A model generated the notes under the pieces. That model made no database searches and was not told the origin of the DNA. It worked only from the letters and a program-made list of their open reading frames with translations. 64,000 nucleotides of DNA, taken from the NCBI RefSeq assembly GCF_006345805.1, contig NC_043005.1, positions 64,728,001 through 64,792,000 on the forward strand, in the 5' to 3' direction. This DNA is from Octopus sinensis. Its lineage: Eukaryota. The position numbers were made by a program, and so were the translations under genes. Of this stretch, positions 12,932 through 26,500 are shown piece by piece (positions within the stretch are counted from its first letter, which is position 1; each line of letters starts with the position of its first letter).

Positions 12932-15900
12932 TCTATTATGCAAAAGTGTTGTAAGTCCAAAATGTTGCTTTTTCAGAAAGCAAAAAAATAGTTTCACCAT
13001 TTCATAACAAAACCATTAAAGCCTCTGAAGCAGCTGGAGATATGATAGTTTGACCAAAACGACTGGCTATTGCAAGCAAAAAAAAGTATTGCAAAAAACA
13101 CATTTGGCCAAATTTGGACATACGACAGTTTAACTTAATAGCAACAATATATATTCATATATGGTCATCTTCATCATTATTGTTTTAACATTCATTTTTC
13201 CATGCATGCATGAATCAGATGGAGTTTAGCAAGACAGATTTTGTACAGCTGGATGCCCTTTCTGTTGCCAACCCTTACTTGTTTCCAAGTGAAGTAATAT
13301 GTCTCCAACATCTCAGCCAGATATGTTTTTGCAAAATATTGGAAATGAATGACATTCATATCCATCAATCATACTGTGTCAAGACAGGAAGACACAAATG
13401 TACACACACTCACGTTCATGCACATACGTACTTATATACATGCACATGCACACACACACACAGTGAAGAATTAAGTGTGTGGGTTGGAGTTCCTCAAGGC
13501 TCAGTTCTCAGCCCCTCATATTCGCCATAGTCCTGCAAGCTTCCACAGCGGAGTTTAAGACTGGCTGTCCATGAGAACTCCTATATGCTGATGATCTAGT
13601 TCTCATAGCTTAATCCATAAGGGAATTAGAAATTCCTGGTATGGAAGATAAGCCTGGAATTGAGAGGCTTTAAGGTAAATTTAGAGAAGATAGAGGTTTT
13701 AGCAAGTAGGAAAGGATACAAGAACCTGTACCTTCAAGGAAATGTCTTTGTTCAATATACAGAAAAGGAGCAGGTATAAAACTCCATACACTGTACTCGA
13801 TGTAGGCTATGAACACACAACAGATGTAATGGAATCCAAAAATGTAATCTCCATATGTTGCAGATGTACTGGAACAGTTCATATGAGGACATCACAAATT
13901 TTGTCTATTAAATTCCCAGTTGGCTTGCTAGACGTAGCTGATAACTTTTATTACCTAGGAGATACAATTAGCAAGGGAGTTGGCTGCTCTGAAAGTATAG
14001 TAGCCAGAGTAAGTATGAGCTGGAAAAAGTTCAGGGAGTGACTGCCACTGCTGGTAATAAAGGTGAAAAGCAAATAATATGATGCTTGTGTTAAAACTGC
14101 AGTGTTGCACAGAATATTTATATTTGCATTTTCGTTTTTACCCTTAGCATGAGACATGTACAACTGATGGCTGCTGTAAAGACACAAGCACACATTGAGA
14201 TTTAGATTCTAAATCTTGCCACCCTTCCCATACAAAAAGGGACATATGAGTCAGTATGGCAAGACATGTGCTCGATAGCTACAGATACCAATAGATGAGA
14301 GAAATGAGTGGTAGAACTAAATATGTTACTTCAAAAATAGAAATACTCCAAAACTTAATAAATCATGCATAACCAGAGAAAAGAAATCCTAATCTATACC
14401 TTAGAGAGAAACACTCATGCTAAGGGTGAAAACGAAAATACAAACATAAATATTCCATTTATAGGAACCCACAATCCTACATTCAGGCAGGCGATGCCTC
14501 CCAGTTCTATATCAACTATGAACAAATAATTTTTAAAATCACAAATCATCAATAACCGAAGACAAGCACTAAATCTCGAGAGACTTCTAACGAAGCTGAG
14601 GTTCTTGTCAGAAGAAATAATGCAAGTAAAAAACTGTAAAGAACCTCGTGGGATATGTGAAATAATTGAACAAGGAAGAATTAAAAGATAACATGAATTA
14701 CAAAACAAAAAAATCTCATCTGCTACATCACAAGCATACAATGCAATGTGAATTACATTGGAGGAACAGGGACAAAACTAACCAGCTGTGCAAATGTGCA
14801 GAGACAACAAATCAAACATTCATCTCTTAGAAATGTTCTACGTAATAAACATCTAGACATTTGTGCAAATAGAAATTTTTTAATATTTCCATTTTAGAAA
14901 ATACAAGACAAACATGATCAACTAGGAAAAGCAAAAGAAGAGTACTTAATAAAAATTTTAAAATTCCAAACTAAACCAAAAATAGTTAACAGCATTATAA
15001 AAACAAAATACAACTTCCTCATTATGCATTAGCATGGAACGCATATGTTTGAAATGTTAGAAAATGAAAGTGCTTACACAAAAGACACACTAGACATAAA
15101 CTACAGACAATATACAGGCTTCTTCCACAAAGGTTAGTGACCTTCTGTTAATCAAACAATTTTTTTTAAATAGTTAATAACTGTTAAAGGTATTTTTCTA
15201 ATTATTGTAACTATATCAAGTAACTTTTACAAAAGCTTTTCAATGTGTGTGTGGGTGGCTGCATGCATATATATATATCAGGGAAATAAATACCTTTCTT
15301 AAGCATCCAGCTATAGAAAACAGCATCAAGTTTTATGTAATTCATACCAATAGAGAAATAGGAGACATAAAAACTATGCTGGTGATTAAATGTCAATTTA
15401 CCAGACAAAATACTCATAAATATTCATAATTATAAGTATTGGAACTAAAAGACATATATCTACCAATTCTAGAGAATTTCATGAAATCCAAACTATATTA
15501 ATTCTAGCGCAGTGTTTCAGAATGGGACAAAGTGAGGATTGAAAAGGGACAAACAAATTGCCTAGTTTGATAAAATTTAGATGGCAAGAAATTTTTTTAA
15601 CTTGTCCAACGCCATAGCAAAGAAAGTAGAGTCATTTGGATGTAAACTCTATACTCTAGTTGTTAATAAAAAAGAGAAAGGAAAAAATTTTGCTTTTTTT
15701 TTTTTTTTGGTCTGGCTTCTCTTTGTCAATCTGAGAATCAAAGCAATGGTACTTTTATTTAACCCCAACAGTTTTTAAGAAATTGAGCAATCAATAAATA
15801 TATTTATTTCTAGCTGAGACACAAAACCAGTTCTTTTTTGTATGGAATGGACTCTAGTACTTGACTGATGCTCACTCAGAAGGTTGTTGATATAAAATCA

Positions 15901-18167
15901 CAAAGTGAATTTCATTAAATCATGTTACAATGGCTCCAATCACATGCTGATATATATATATACATTATTAGCTTAAACCCCCAACCAATCAAAAGATTCA
16001 TAGGAAAATAATGTTATATTAATGATGACATCATTAAACAATGATGTCATCCTCATCATTATGAAAGGATGCATCAAGTTAGAAATTCCAACCAAAAACG
16101 GCATTTGGTTAAGTAAATGTTAGTAATAAAATAGATTGTTTACCACAGCAGTTGCCAAGTGCCTCCATGGTTCAATATTCTGGGCCATGTTGATGATAAT
16201 ATTCACTGCTTTGTTAAGTCCATGCTGTAGATCTTCAAGGCTAGGTCTCAAGACTACATCTGGGATTTCAAGTATTATGTCGCTTTTGAATAAGGCTGGC
16301 TGCCAGTAAGATTTTACATCTCCTTTATACTGAGTGTTGCTCTGAAGTGTTCTTTTCAACAAATTAAGAGTCATACGAGTGCCTAAAAGAAACAATAATA
16401 TTGACAACAGCATCTATATATATAAAGCTGAAGTTGTCTGTGCATGGCAGGTTTGGTAGCCTCCAACTAACACTATCTCCTCCGAGACCCTGCGGCGCAA
16501 GTTGACCAAAAAATAAAATAAGAATATGATAGAAGAAGGCCTGTTCTTCATTCTCTAGAAGACAAATTCAAATTGGACCATGTTAACACCAAAGATTATT
16601 TACATCAAAAAGGTGCTTTTTTTTCTATGAAAATCCCTATTTTTACGGTTTTTTGACTGCTCTGTTGCCATTTTTCGGTGTATTTCAACCAGAAAAATGT
16701 TTACTTAAAGAGAATAACAAGCTACATAATGGAAAATTTTTACTTTTCAAAAATTCTAATTCTAAAGGGTCGAAACAAACCCAATCAACGCCGGGCGATA
16801 CTGCTAGTAAATGATTAAATGTCCAATATTAATAATGGTGATAATCGAAATTGCTCAGTGGTTAGAGCATCAGGTTTACAATCTATATGGCTCAGTGGTT
16901 AGGGCATAAGACTTACAATCATGAGGTTGTGAGTTCAATTTCCAGACAGCTGTGTATTGTGTTCATGAGCAAGACACTTTATTTTTCACATTGCTCCTGT
17001 AGAAATGAGCTGTAACGTTACTGGTACCAAGCTGTATCTGTCTTTGCCTTTCCCTTGGATCACATTTGTGGTGTGGAGAAGGAAGACTGGTATGCATGGG
17101 TGACTGCTGGCCTTCCACAAGCAATTTTATCTGGACTTGTGTCTCAGAGGGGAAGCTTCTAGGTGCAATCCCATGGTCATTCATGACCGAAGGGCATCTT
17201 TACCGTTATCCTTGTACAATTATATGTTCTTATGTACCTGCTGTTTGTATGATGTTAAAGGAAGCAAGTCATATAGAATAAGAAACAGTTAGAGTAGCAG
17301 TGGTGGTAGAGTTGTTAGTGTTGTTGATGATGATAAATGGAGAAAGAAAGAGAGAGAGAGAGAGAGAGAGAGGGGAGGAGAAACAATGGGAGGAGCTTTA
17401 ACCCTTTTGTTACTGTATTTATTTTGAGATGCTCCGTATTTCTTTCAATTACTTTAAATATAACAAAGAATTTAATAAAATAACTTAGTTATCATTCAGC
17501 TAGTGATAGGAACACAAATTGTGACTAAGCTTTGGTGGAAGATTTTAATTCAAAACTTATGAAAACAAAACATTTGTACTCAGAGCCAGGGGCGGTTTCC
17601 GCCAGGTTGGTAATGAAAGGGTTAAATATGAAGAGTGAAGAAGGAAGGAAATACCAAGATGTAGTAAAGTTTATGATGTCATTGTACTTTTATTTATCTC
17701 ATTCTCTTCTTCTCTACTCCCTCTCTCTACCTGCATTTGTTTGAAGTGTTCTTAAATCGTATGTAAAATAATCATTTCACTCTATTTCTGTTATGCAGAA
17801 CATTCCAAACTCTGTAGTTGGTGATACATATTAATTTTAAACTTTCTATCACACTGACCCTATTTTATGTACTTGTTGCAACAAGAATATTTGCAAAACC
17901 AACCTTTTTTTTTTTTTGATGTGGTACTGCAATATACCTTACTCATTTACTCTTTTACTTGTTTCAGTCATTTGACTGTGGCCATGCTGGAACACCACCT
18001 TTAGTCAAGCAAATCGACCCCAGGACTTAGTCTTTGTAAGCCTAGTACTTATTCTATCAGTCTCTTTTGCCGAACTGCTAAGTTACGGGGACGTAAACAC
18101 ACCAACATCGGTTGGGGTAACAAACACAGACACACAAACACATACACACACATACATATATATATAT

Positions 18168-18200
<33 letters not shown>

Positions 18201-21200
18201 CATACATATATATGATGGGCTTTTTTCAGTTTCCGTCTACCAAATCCACTCATAAGGCTTTGGTCAGCCTGAGACTATAGTAGAAGATACTTGCCCAATG
18301 TGTCACGCAGTGGGACTGAACCTGGAACCATGGGATTTGTAAGCAAGCTACTTACCACACAGCCACTCCTACGCCTACACCTTGGATGTTATCATCAAGT
18401 AACAAGTAAAGTTATATTGCTTTCAACTTTTGGCACAAGGCCAGCAATTTGAGGAAAGTGGGGGAGTAAGTCATTTACATTGACTGCAGTACTCAACTGA
18501 TACTTGTTTTATTGAACCTCCATAAAAGATGAAAGGTAAAATCAACCTCAGCAGAATTTGAACTCAGAACATAAAGATGTACGAAATGCTACTAAGTATT
18601 TTGCCTGGTGTGTTAATGATTCTGCCAGCTTGCTACTTTAATATGTAATGTTATATCAAGACCTAAATCATTGACATATATATGTAAATGTATGTAGGCA
18701 TAAAATTGCTGGCTATCCCAACCATAAACTACAGCTTCAATATAATAAAGTGTAAATTAAATTAAAAGATCTGAGATCTGAGAACCCCTTCGGTCATGAC
18801 ACAGACCATGGGATTGCACCTAGAAAGTTACCCTCCTAGGCACAAGTCCGGGCAAGGTTGTTTTATGGAAGACCAGCAGTCACCCATGCATACCGGCCTC
18901 CCCTCTCCATGCCACCAGTGTTATCCAAGGGAAAGGCAAAGGCAGATACAACTTGGCACCTTTCACGTCGCAACTCATTTCTACAGCTGAGTGAACTGGA
19001 GCAACATGAAATAAAGTGTCTTGCTCAAGAATACAACATGCAGCCCGGCCCAGGATTCGAACTCACAACCTCACAATTGTAAGCTCAACGCTCTAACCAC
19101 TGAGCCATGTGCCTTCACAAATTAAAAGAAATGCTTAAGATAATAAAGCTAAAAACTACTTACAAACTGTAGTATCTGAAGGCTGATTCATATTTTTGAA
19201 ACATAGCATAGCTTCTCTGAAGACATGATATGGAATGGAAGCACTCCGTCGGTAACGACAATGAGGGTTCCGATTGATCCGAATCAACGGAACAGCCTGC
19301 TCATGAAATTAACGTGTAAGTGACTGAGCACTCCACAGACACGTGCACCCTTAACGTAGTTCTCGGGGATATTCAGCATGGCACAGAGAGTGACAAGGCC
19401 GGCCCCTTGAAATACAGGTACAACAGAAACAGGAAGTAAGAGTGAGAGAAAGTTGTGGTGAAAGAGTACAGCAGGGATCACCACCATCCCCTGCCGCAGC
19501 CTCGTGGAGCTTTTAGGTGTTTTCGCTCAATAAACACTCTGGGAATTGAAACCACGATCCTATGACTGCGAGTCCGCTGCCCTAACCACTGGGCCATTGC
19601 ACTTCCACAAAGACATGATAAGTATAATATTGAAATAATTTCACTTTTAAAAAGAAAAGTTTAATGTATTTGTCCTGGATGACTCTAACAATGAATTCTG
19701 TGTGGATAACTCAGTAAATTTTCTTTGGTGGGGAGGATATAAATGATTACAAAAGCCATTCAATGAAAAATGGGAGTGATACTTATTCTCTCCTTTTTGT
19801 TGAATAGCATCTGTCAGTTATAGTAATGTTCTTTATAAAGCAGAGATCAATGACTGGTTTGGAATCCTGATCTTGCAGCATGTGGCATAGAACCTTAGCT
19901 CACATCTAAACTCGTCAACAAATGTTTGTAGAAGCATTTCAATATTTCACTACTGTTTTATTGTGAAAGCACCTGATTCAGAGGTTAGAGTGTTGGGCTC
20001 ACAATCATGAGGTAGTGAGTTCCATTCCCAGACCAGGCTGTGTATTGTGTTCTGGAGCAAGACACTTTATTTCACATTGTTCCAGTTCACTCAGCTGTAG
20101 ATATGAGTTGCGATGTCACTAGTGCCAAGCTATGTCAGACATTGCTTTTCCCTTGGGTAACACTGGCAGCATGGAAAAGGGGAGGTTAGTATACACGGGT
20201 GATTGCTGGTCTTCCATAAACAACCTTGCCCAGACTTGTGCATCAGAGGAGAACTTTGTAGGTGCAATCTCATGGTCATTCACGATCAAAGGGGGTTTTT
20301 ACCCGTTTTACTGTTTTATCAATAGACAGCAAAATCAACTCAGTTGCGGTTATGTTAACCCTCGATTCAAATCCTATGATAATAAGTTATTGTGGCTGGA
20401 AACGTTTTTTTTTTTTTTTTTTCATCATGTGTTGTTTATACAGCATTGACCTGGGACTGAACTACATAAACATAGATTTCCTTCAAAGATAATTAATTTT
20501 TTATAATTTTTCTAGTCTTGAGATAAGTGGTAAAATTGTACAAGCCAGGCAGGAAACCTCTATGTGTAATTTGAACTGCTAAATATAGCATCCAAGTCAC
20601 CCTCATATTACCTTTATAACTCAGAAAAAATCTGCAGTGGATAAAGTTGTCCTGGGTGCAAATACCTGATGGTCACAGATGAAGTACCTTTGATCATAGG
20701 TCTACTGAATCTGGACTGCCCTGAGTCTAACAATAACAACTATATCAGTTTTTAGCTTAGCTGAGACATGAAGGGTAAAATAACTTGCCAAAGAGTCCAC
20801 TGTTAAATGTGCTGAAATGCTTTAAAACTTAACTCTAAACTCTATTTAGCTTAGATATTCAAAAGAAAACTTTTTTTATATTGTCTTCTCAGTTATAAAA
20901 GTAGCACTACTCAAGTTGTTTGCACACCATAAATGCTTTGTTTATTTTAACATTTGAGATAGAACTTAATTGAGGGGTGCCTTCTTTCCCAGCATTGCAA
21001 ACTGAAAAACTTCTTATTGGTTATATACAGTTATTATACACTACAGAAATTTTATTCCCCACAGTACTTGTTAAGAGCTAATCTATCAAATGTTTAAGTT
21101 ACTTAGAAGCATACCAAAGCAATGATAAAATTTAAACATTCCATCCTACAGTCAGCAGATTTACAACCTAACAGTCTCAACACTGACTCATGTGCCTTAT

Positions 21201-23465
21201 AGTCTAATACAACTGAGCAATTGAAATGTAAACAGTATCTACTTACTCTTTACAAGAGCATCAGTGTTTTTCTGTGTGAAGTAAATTAGCATGTTATGGT
21301 AACCACAAGCTAGGCATTCATTGCAAGGCTGATTTTTATATTTGGTATCTGGATTAGTACACGGGTAACCATTCTCAGCTATAAGGTATTTTTTCACATC
21401 TAGTTCCAAGTTTGACTTCAGTAAATCGAAAAGTTCCCCAACAGACATTTCAATCAGTTTGCTTGAACTGAAATAAAATATAAAAAAATAATCATTATTA
21501 AGTTGAACCACTGCATATATCCCCCCTTCTTTTTCTAGCACCATTCCTTTGTTTTAAACCTAATGTAATCCAATCTATCCCTCTCCATCCATTCACTTCC
21601 CCCTTCAAATTTTTTTATCAACAGTTATTTGTCTATATTTACAAAGTTTGCAATTCTTATAGAATGGTGATAGTAATTGAAAATTGTAGGAAAGCTTCAT
21701 TCCCAAACCAGACAGACATATAACAGGATAGCCAAAACTCAAGACCTTTAGTGAGACACAACTTTATATGTGGATGTACTTGATGAGACCCAGACTGCAA
21801 AGTGGCTGAAACACAACATGTTGAATGGAGTCCCACCCATAAGGTTTAGTAGCAGGATGGGTCGAAACGACTGTTGTACAAACAAAGATTATTACCAAAT
21901 CCACCTTCTAGTTACTTAAAAAATTACTATCATTATATATATTTAACTAGAGGTTAAAATAGTTTCATTAAGGGATTATAATATCTAATGAATTACTGGT
22001 TCATTGCCTCATATTTTTTGTGAATATTAATATTCATAAAATAATACGTCTAAATATAAATCTTGGTTTGTAAATTTTCAAAAGAAAATTTAGAAAATAA
22101 AGATGTATTTATTTATGTGTATCTTTATATTTATATATTTGGAATTATTATTTCCGTTTTATAAGTGTAGAAGAATATATGTATGTATTTTGATTTTCAA
22201 ATGTGGTAATTAATTATGTTCCTCTAGTTTCTGCTTGTATTACCTCCACTGAAATTATTAAGTGATATATATATATATATATATATACTTACATTGAGTA
22301 TGCACATCTACATTTTCTCTCATTTTCCTGTCTTTTTTTCACATATATTTAAGCACTTTCCTTAAGAAAATAATGCATGATTATTCTCTCCTGAGAAATG
22401 TTCAGGTTCTAATTGATTGTTGAAAATCTTCATTGTGTGTAAATTATAAAGCAGCATTGATAATATACCATTGAAGTCTTTGGATTCTTCAGCTAATTTC
22501 ATTGCGTATACACATCTACATTTTCTCTCGTTCTCCTGTCTTTTTACACATATATTTAAGCACTTTTCATGTGATCAGGTTTTACCAGTTATTAATCACC
22601 TTATTCAAAGAAAATCCTATTAGTGTTCTTTGCAATGACGGAATCCATTTAGAAGAGTATTTTCTAACTTTCATTTTCACATCATTCAGCCCTGAGACAA
22701 TATATCATTTGGAGTTAGCTCTTTATCCAGAGCTTAATCATCATAGTTATTAATTCCAAAGTGATGAGCGCTACATGTTAGAATGCCAGCTGCTCGTTTA
22801 TAATTTCTTTTACATTAATAATAGGTAAAGCAGACACTTTTGAAATTGCATCCTTTGATATCTTACAATAAATGAAACACAATACATTTGCATTACAAAA
22901 GGGGAAATGATCACTGCCAGTCAAGAGCTGACACAGAATTATAGAAGATTAATTGTCAAATATACCCACAAAACAGATGAGTTTTTCTAAACCTCTGCAT
23001 CAAATGTCAGTTTTTTCTTTACCTTTTCTTTCCTCATAAAATTTGTTTACTACGATTAGGCAAAATAGTTGTGAAAAAAATTGATTACATGACATTGATA
23101 ATATACCATTGAAGTCTTCGGATTCCTCAGCTAATTTCAATGAGCATGCACATCTACATTTATCATCATGTCCTATTATTTATCATCATGATAAATACTA
23201 GGACGTGCTATTGTCCTATTATTTATCATTGTCATCATCATCATCATTATCATTTAAACAATATACACATGCCTGTATGAGTCAGATGGAGTTGTACTGA
23301 GGCAGAGTTTTTGCAGTTGGATGCCCTTCCCTTTCTTCCAAAAAAGGTAATATTTCCCCATGGCCAGGCATGATTTTTGCAGAATATTGGAAATAAATGA
23401 GTCATTTATGAGTCAATCATGTGATGTCAAAACAAAGAGACACTAACACACAAACACACACACAA

Positions 23466-23508
<43 letters not shown>

Positions 23509-26500
23509 CTACACACATACATATATACACAGGGTGTTCAGGTTAAGTTAGATGACTTTTCTATGTCTCCTTTTTTTCAGAAACAGGCTTGATTTATTGA
23601 TGAACAGTCAACCACATTGGAGAGCATAAAGATTAAAGCTGAAGTTGAGAAAAAGTTAGCTGATATGGAAGTCAGTCTGGAAGCCATCAGAGTATTGGAA
23701 GACTGTTACCGGTATCATGGTTTGTGCCGAGTATCAAAATATCAACATCATGGCTGCTGCTCAAATGCTCTGGGAAAATTGTAAAGGCCATAAGATGTGA
23801 CATGGACAGCTGCAACAGAGACTACATAGCCATGGCCATCAGGAAGGAACACAGCAGGCATTCTGACTGCATCCACATGCCAGAATTCACAGTATATCTA
23901 TAAACCACTTCACAGTATATCAATAAGCTGTAAGCTGATTAAGTGTTGTGTAGCATAAGTATTACCCATTAAGAGACAAGGTAATTGTAGTGAATTATAT
24001 GGGTAAAAGGATATAGTCCAGCCTTTATAACAAATGATAGTGCGCTTTTTTTATTATGTATTCATACTAATTATATGCCATTGCTTCTTTAATAATGATC
24101 TTCAGAAATGTGTAATGATGAGGAAAAAATTTATTTACTAAAAGTAACATTCAAACACAAGATAATTCCTCAGGCAGCACATGTTGAGCAGCTGCCTGTG
24201 AAAAACTTGTACTCTCTCTTTTTACTTGTTTCAGTCATCTGACTGTAGCCATGCTGGAGCACGGCCTTTAGTCAAGCAAATCAACCCCAGGACTTATTTT
24301 TAGTAAGCCTCGCACTTATTCTATCGCTCTCTTTTGCTGAACTGCTAAGTTATAGGGACATAAACACACCAGCATTGGTTGTCAAGCAATGTTGAGGGGA
24401 CAAACACAGACACACAAACATATACACACACACACATATATATACATATATACAACGGGCTTCTTTCAGTTTCCGTCTACCAAATCCACTCACAAGGCTT
24501 TGGTCAGCCCAAGGCTATAGTAGAAGACACTTGCTCAAGGTGCCATGTGGTGGGACTGAACCCAGAACCATGTGGTTTGTAAGCAAGCTACTTACCACAC
24601 AGCCAATCTACATTACATAAAGGAAAAATTCCAGAGTTTTTGCTCCCAAAAATGGATTCACATTAAACTGGATACATATGGAGAGAAAGAAGAAAATTTT
24701 GGTCTTATACCCGAACAGAAATACATACACACTTAAGTTAGTAGCAGCTTCTGCTACGACTTTGGTAGTTTCTTCAACAAAATCATCAATAGTTAATGCA
24801 TGATTATCAGGTATAGAACAGAGTGTTGTCATTGACATTTTCTCCAAAGTGCCATCAATCTGACATTCCAAGAGATCTGTCACTCGTTTCACAAGTACCT
24901 TGAATCTATCAACAGCTTCTTTTGATGTCTTGATGTCTGAAAATTCAATGTAAGCAATTAATACTAATTTCCTTTTATTAATTTACATTTAATGTTTAGT
25001 GAAAATACTTTATTAATAGAAATCCATTGAAGATTGTGGTAAATAGAGTACTTAACAGTTTCTAGTTAGCCTGCTATCACTAACATCATTCAAGTACATT
25101 AACCCTTGCAGGTCATAGTTAGTTTTAGTTTACTAATGTGGAAAATGGGAGCACTATGAGGTTAACTTGTATATTATTAGCTTTCAGTACTGAAATCTGT
25201 TCAAGAGTGCACAATAACTATAGACAGTATGTTTGCTGCCTACTGAGCGAGGTCAAATACTACAGTACAGCTAAAAGTTCATTATACTTACATCGCAAAT
25301 GCAACCCAAAATTTCACTGACACATATTTGGACTTAATATATGAAAAAAAAACTGCAATATATAAAAGAGAAATAAAGAAACAAACTGGTTGAATAAATA
25401 AAGAATTTGACCTGAAACTCAAGAGCCTGGAGCTGAAACCTATTGCAAGCTTATTCCGGGCAGTTAGGTAGTACATTTAATTATACATAAAGTGGTTCAT
25501 GTAGAGGCACATGGCCTAGTGGTTAGAACAGTGGACTCATGGTCGAGGGATTGCAGGTTCGAATCTCAGACCGAGCAATGTGTGTGTTTATGAGCGAAAC
25601 ACCTAAACTCCTTGCGGCTCCAACAGAAGGTAATGGCGAACCTCTGCTGAGTCTTTCGCCACAACTTTCTCTCACTCTTTCCTCCTGCATCTTGCAGCTC
25701 ACCTGCGATAGACTGGTGTCCCATCCGGGTGGGGAACCTATATGCCAAAGAAACCAGGAAACCGGCCCTTATGAGAAGGAACAAAGTGGTTCACATGGTT
25801 TTTCAGATGATTACTAAATTATCTTGTAATATTACCAAAGATAAGGTGGTGAGCTGGCAGAATTGTTAGCATGCCAGTATTACATTCTGAGTTCAAATTC
25901 TGTCGAGGTCGACTTTGCTTTTCATCCTTTCAGGGTCAATAAATTAAGTGCCAGTTGTGTACTGGAGTTGATCTAATTGATTGGTTCCCTCCCCAAAGAT
26001 TTTGAGCCTTGTGCCTAGAGTAGAAAAGAATATAACCTCAGACAGTCCTTCCAACTTTATATTCTGACTTTAAATGCTACCAAGGTCGACTTTGCCTTTT
26101 ATCCTTTCAGGGTTGATAAATAAGCGCCAGTTGAGCACTGAGGTGAAAGTAATCAACTTATCCATGCCTCTCTCTAAACTGCTGACTCTGTGCCAAAATC
26201 TGAAACCACTATCACCTCAGATAGTGTTGGACTCTTACACAGAGCAATATCTATTATTTAATGCAATAAAACTAGGGCTAATCCCACCCTGTAAAAGCTT
26301 ATTAGAACTTAGAAAATATTTACTTTGGCAACATTTAAAATATGGACTTGATGTTAATTCTATTACCTCTGCCTTATTGAAGGCAGATGTAGTGTTTTCA
26401 GTCGTTTTTGTTTGTCTGTTTATTTGACCCTGGACAAGATATCTCAAGAACCACCAGATGGATGCAGGTGAAACTTTCAGGGATGTTTGGCCTCATGACT

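Noticed and set aside
15018-15045. Sixth hammerhead downstream of the 14.3-kb PLE remnant
   Set aside because: Core reads CTCATTA..GGAAC with several substitutions and no stem I; too degenerate.
25502-25580. tRNA genes (also the heads of other SINE copies)
   Set aside because: A and B boxes are present, but there is no complete cloverleaf and each continues into a SINE body.
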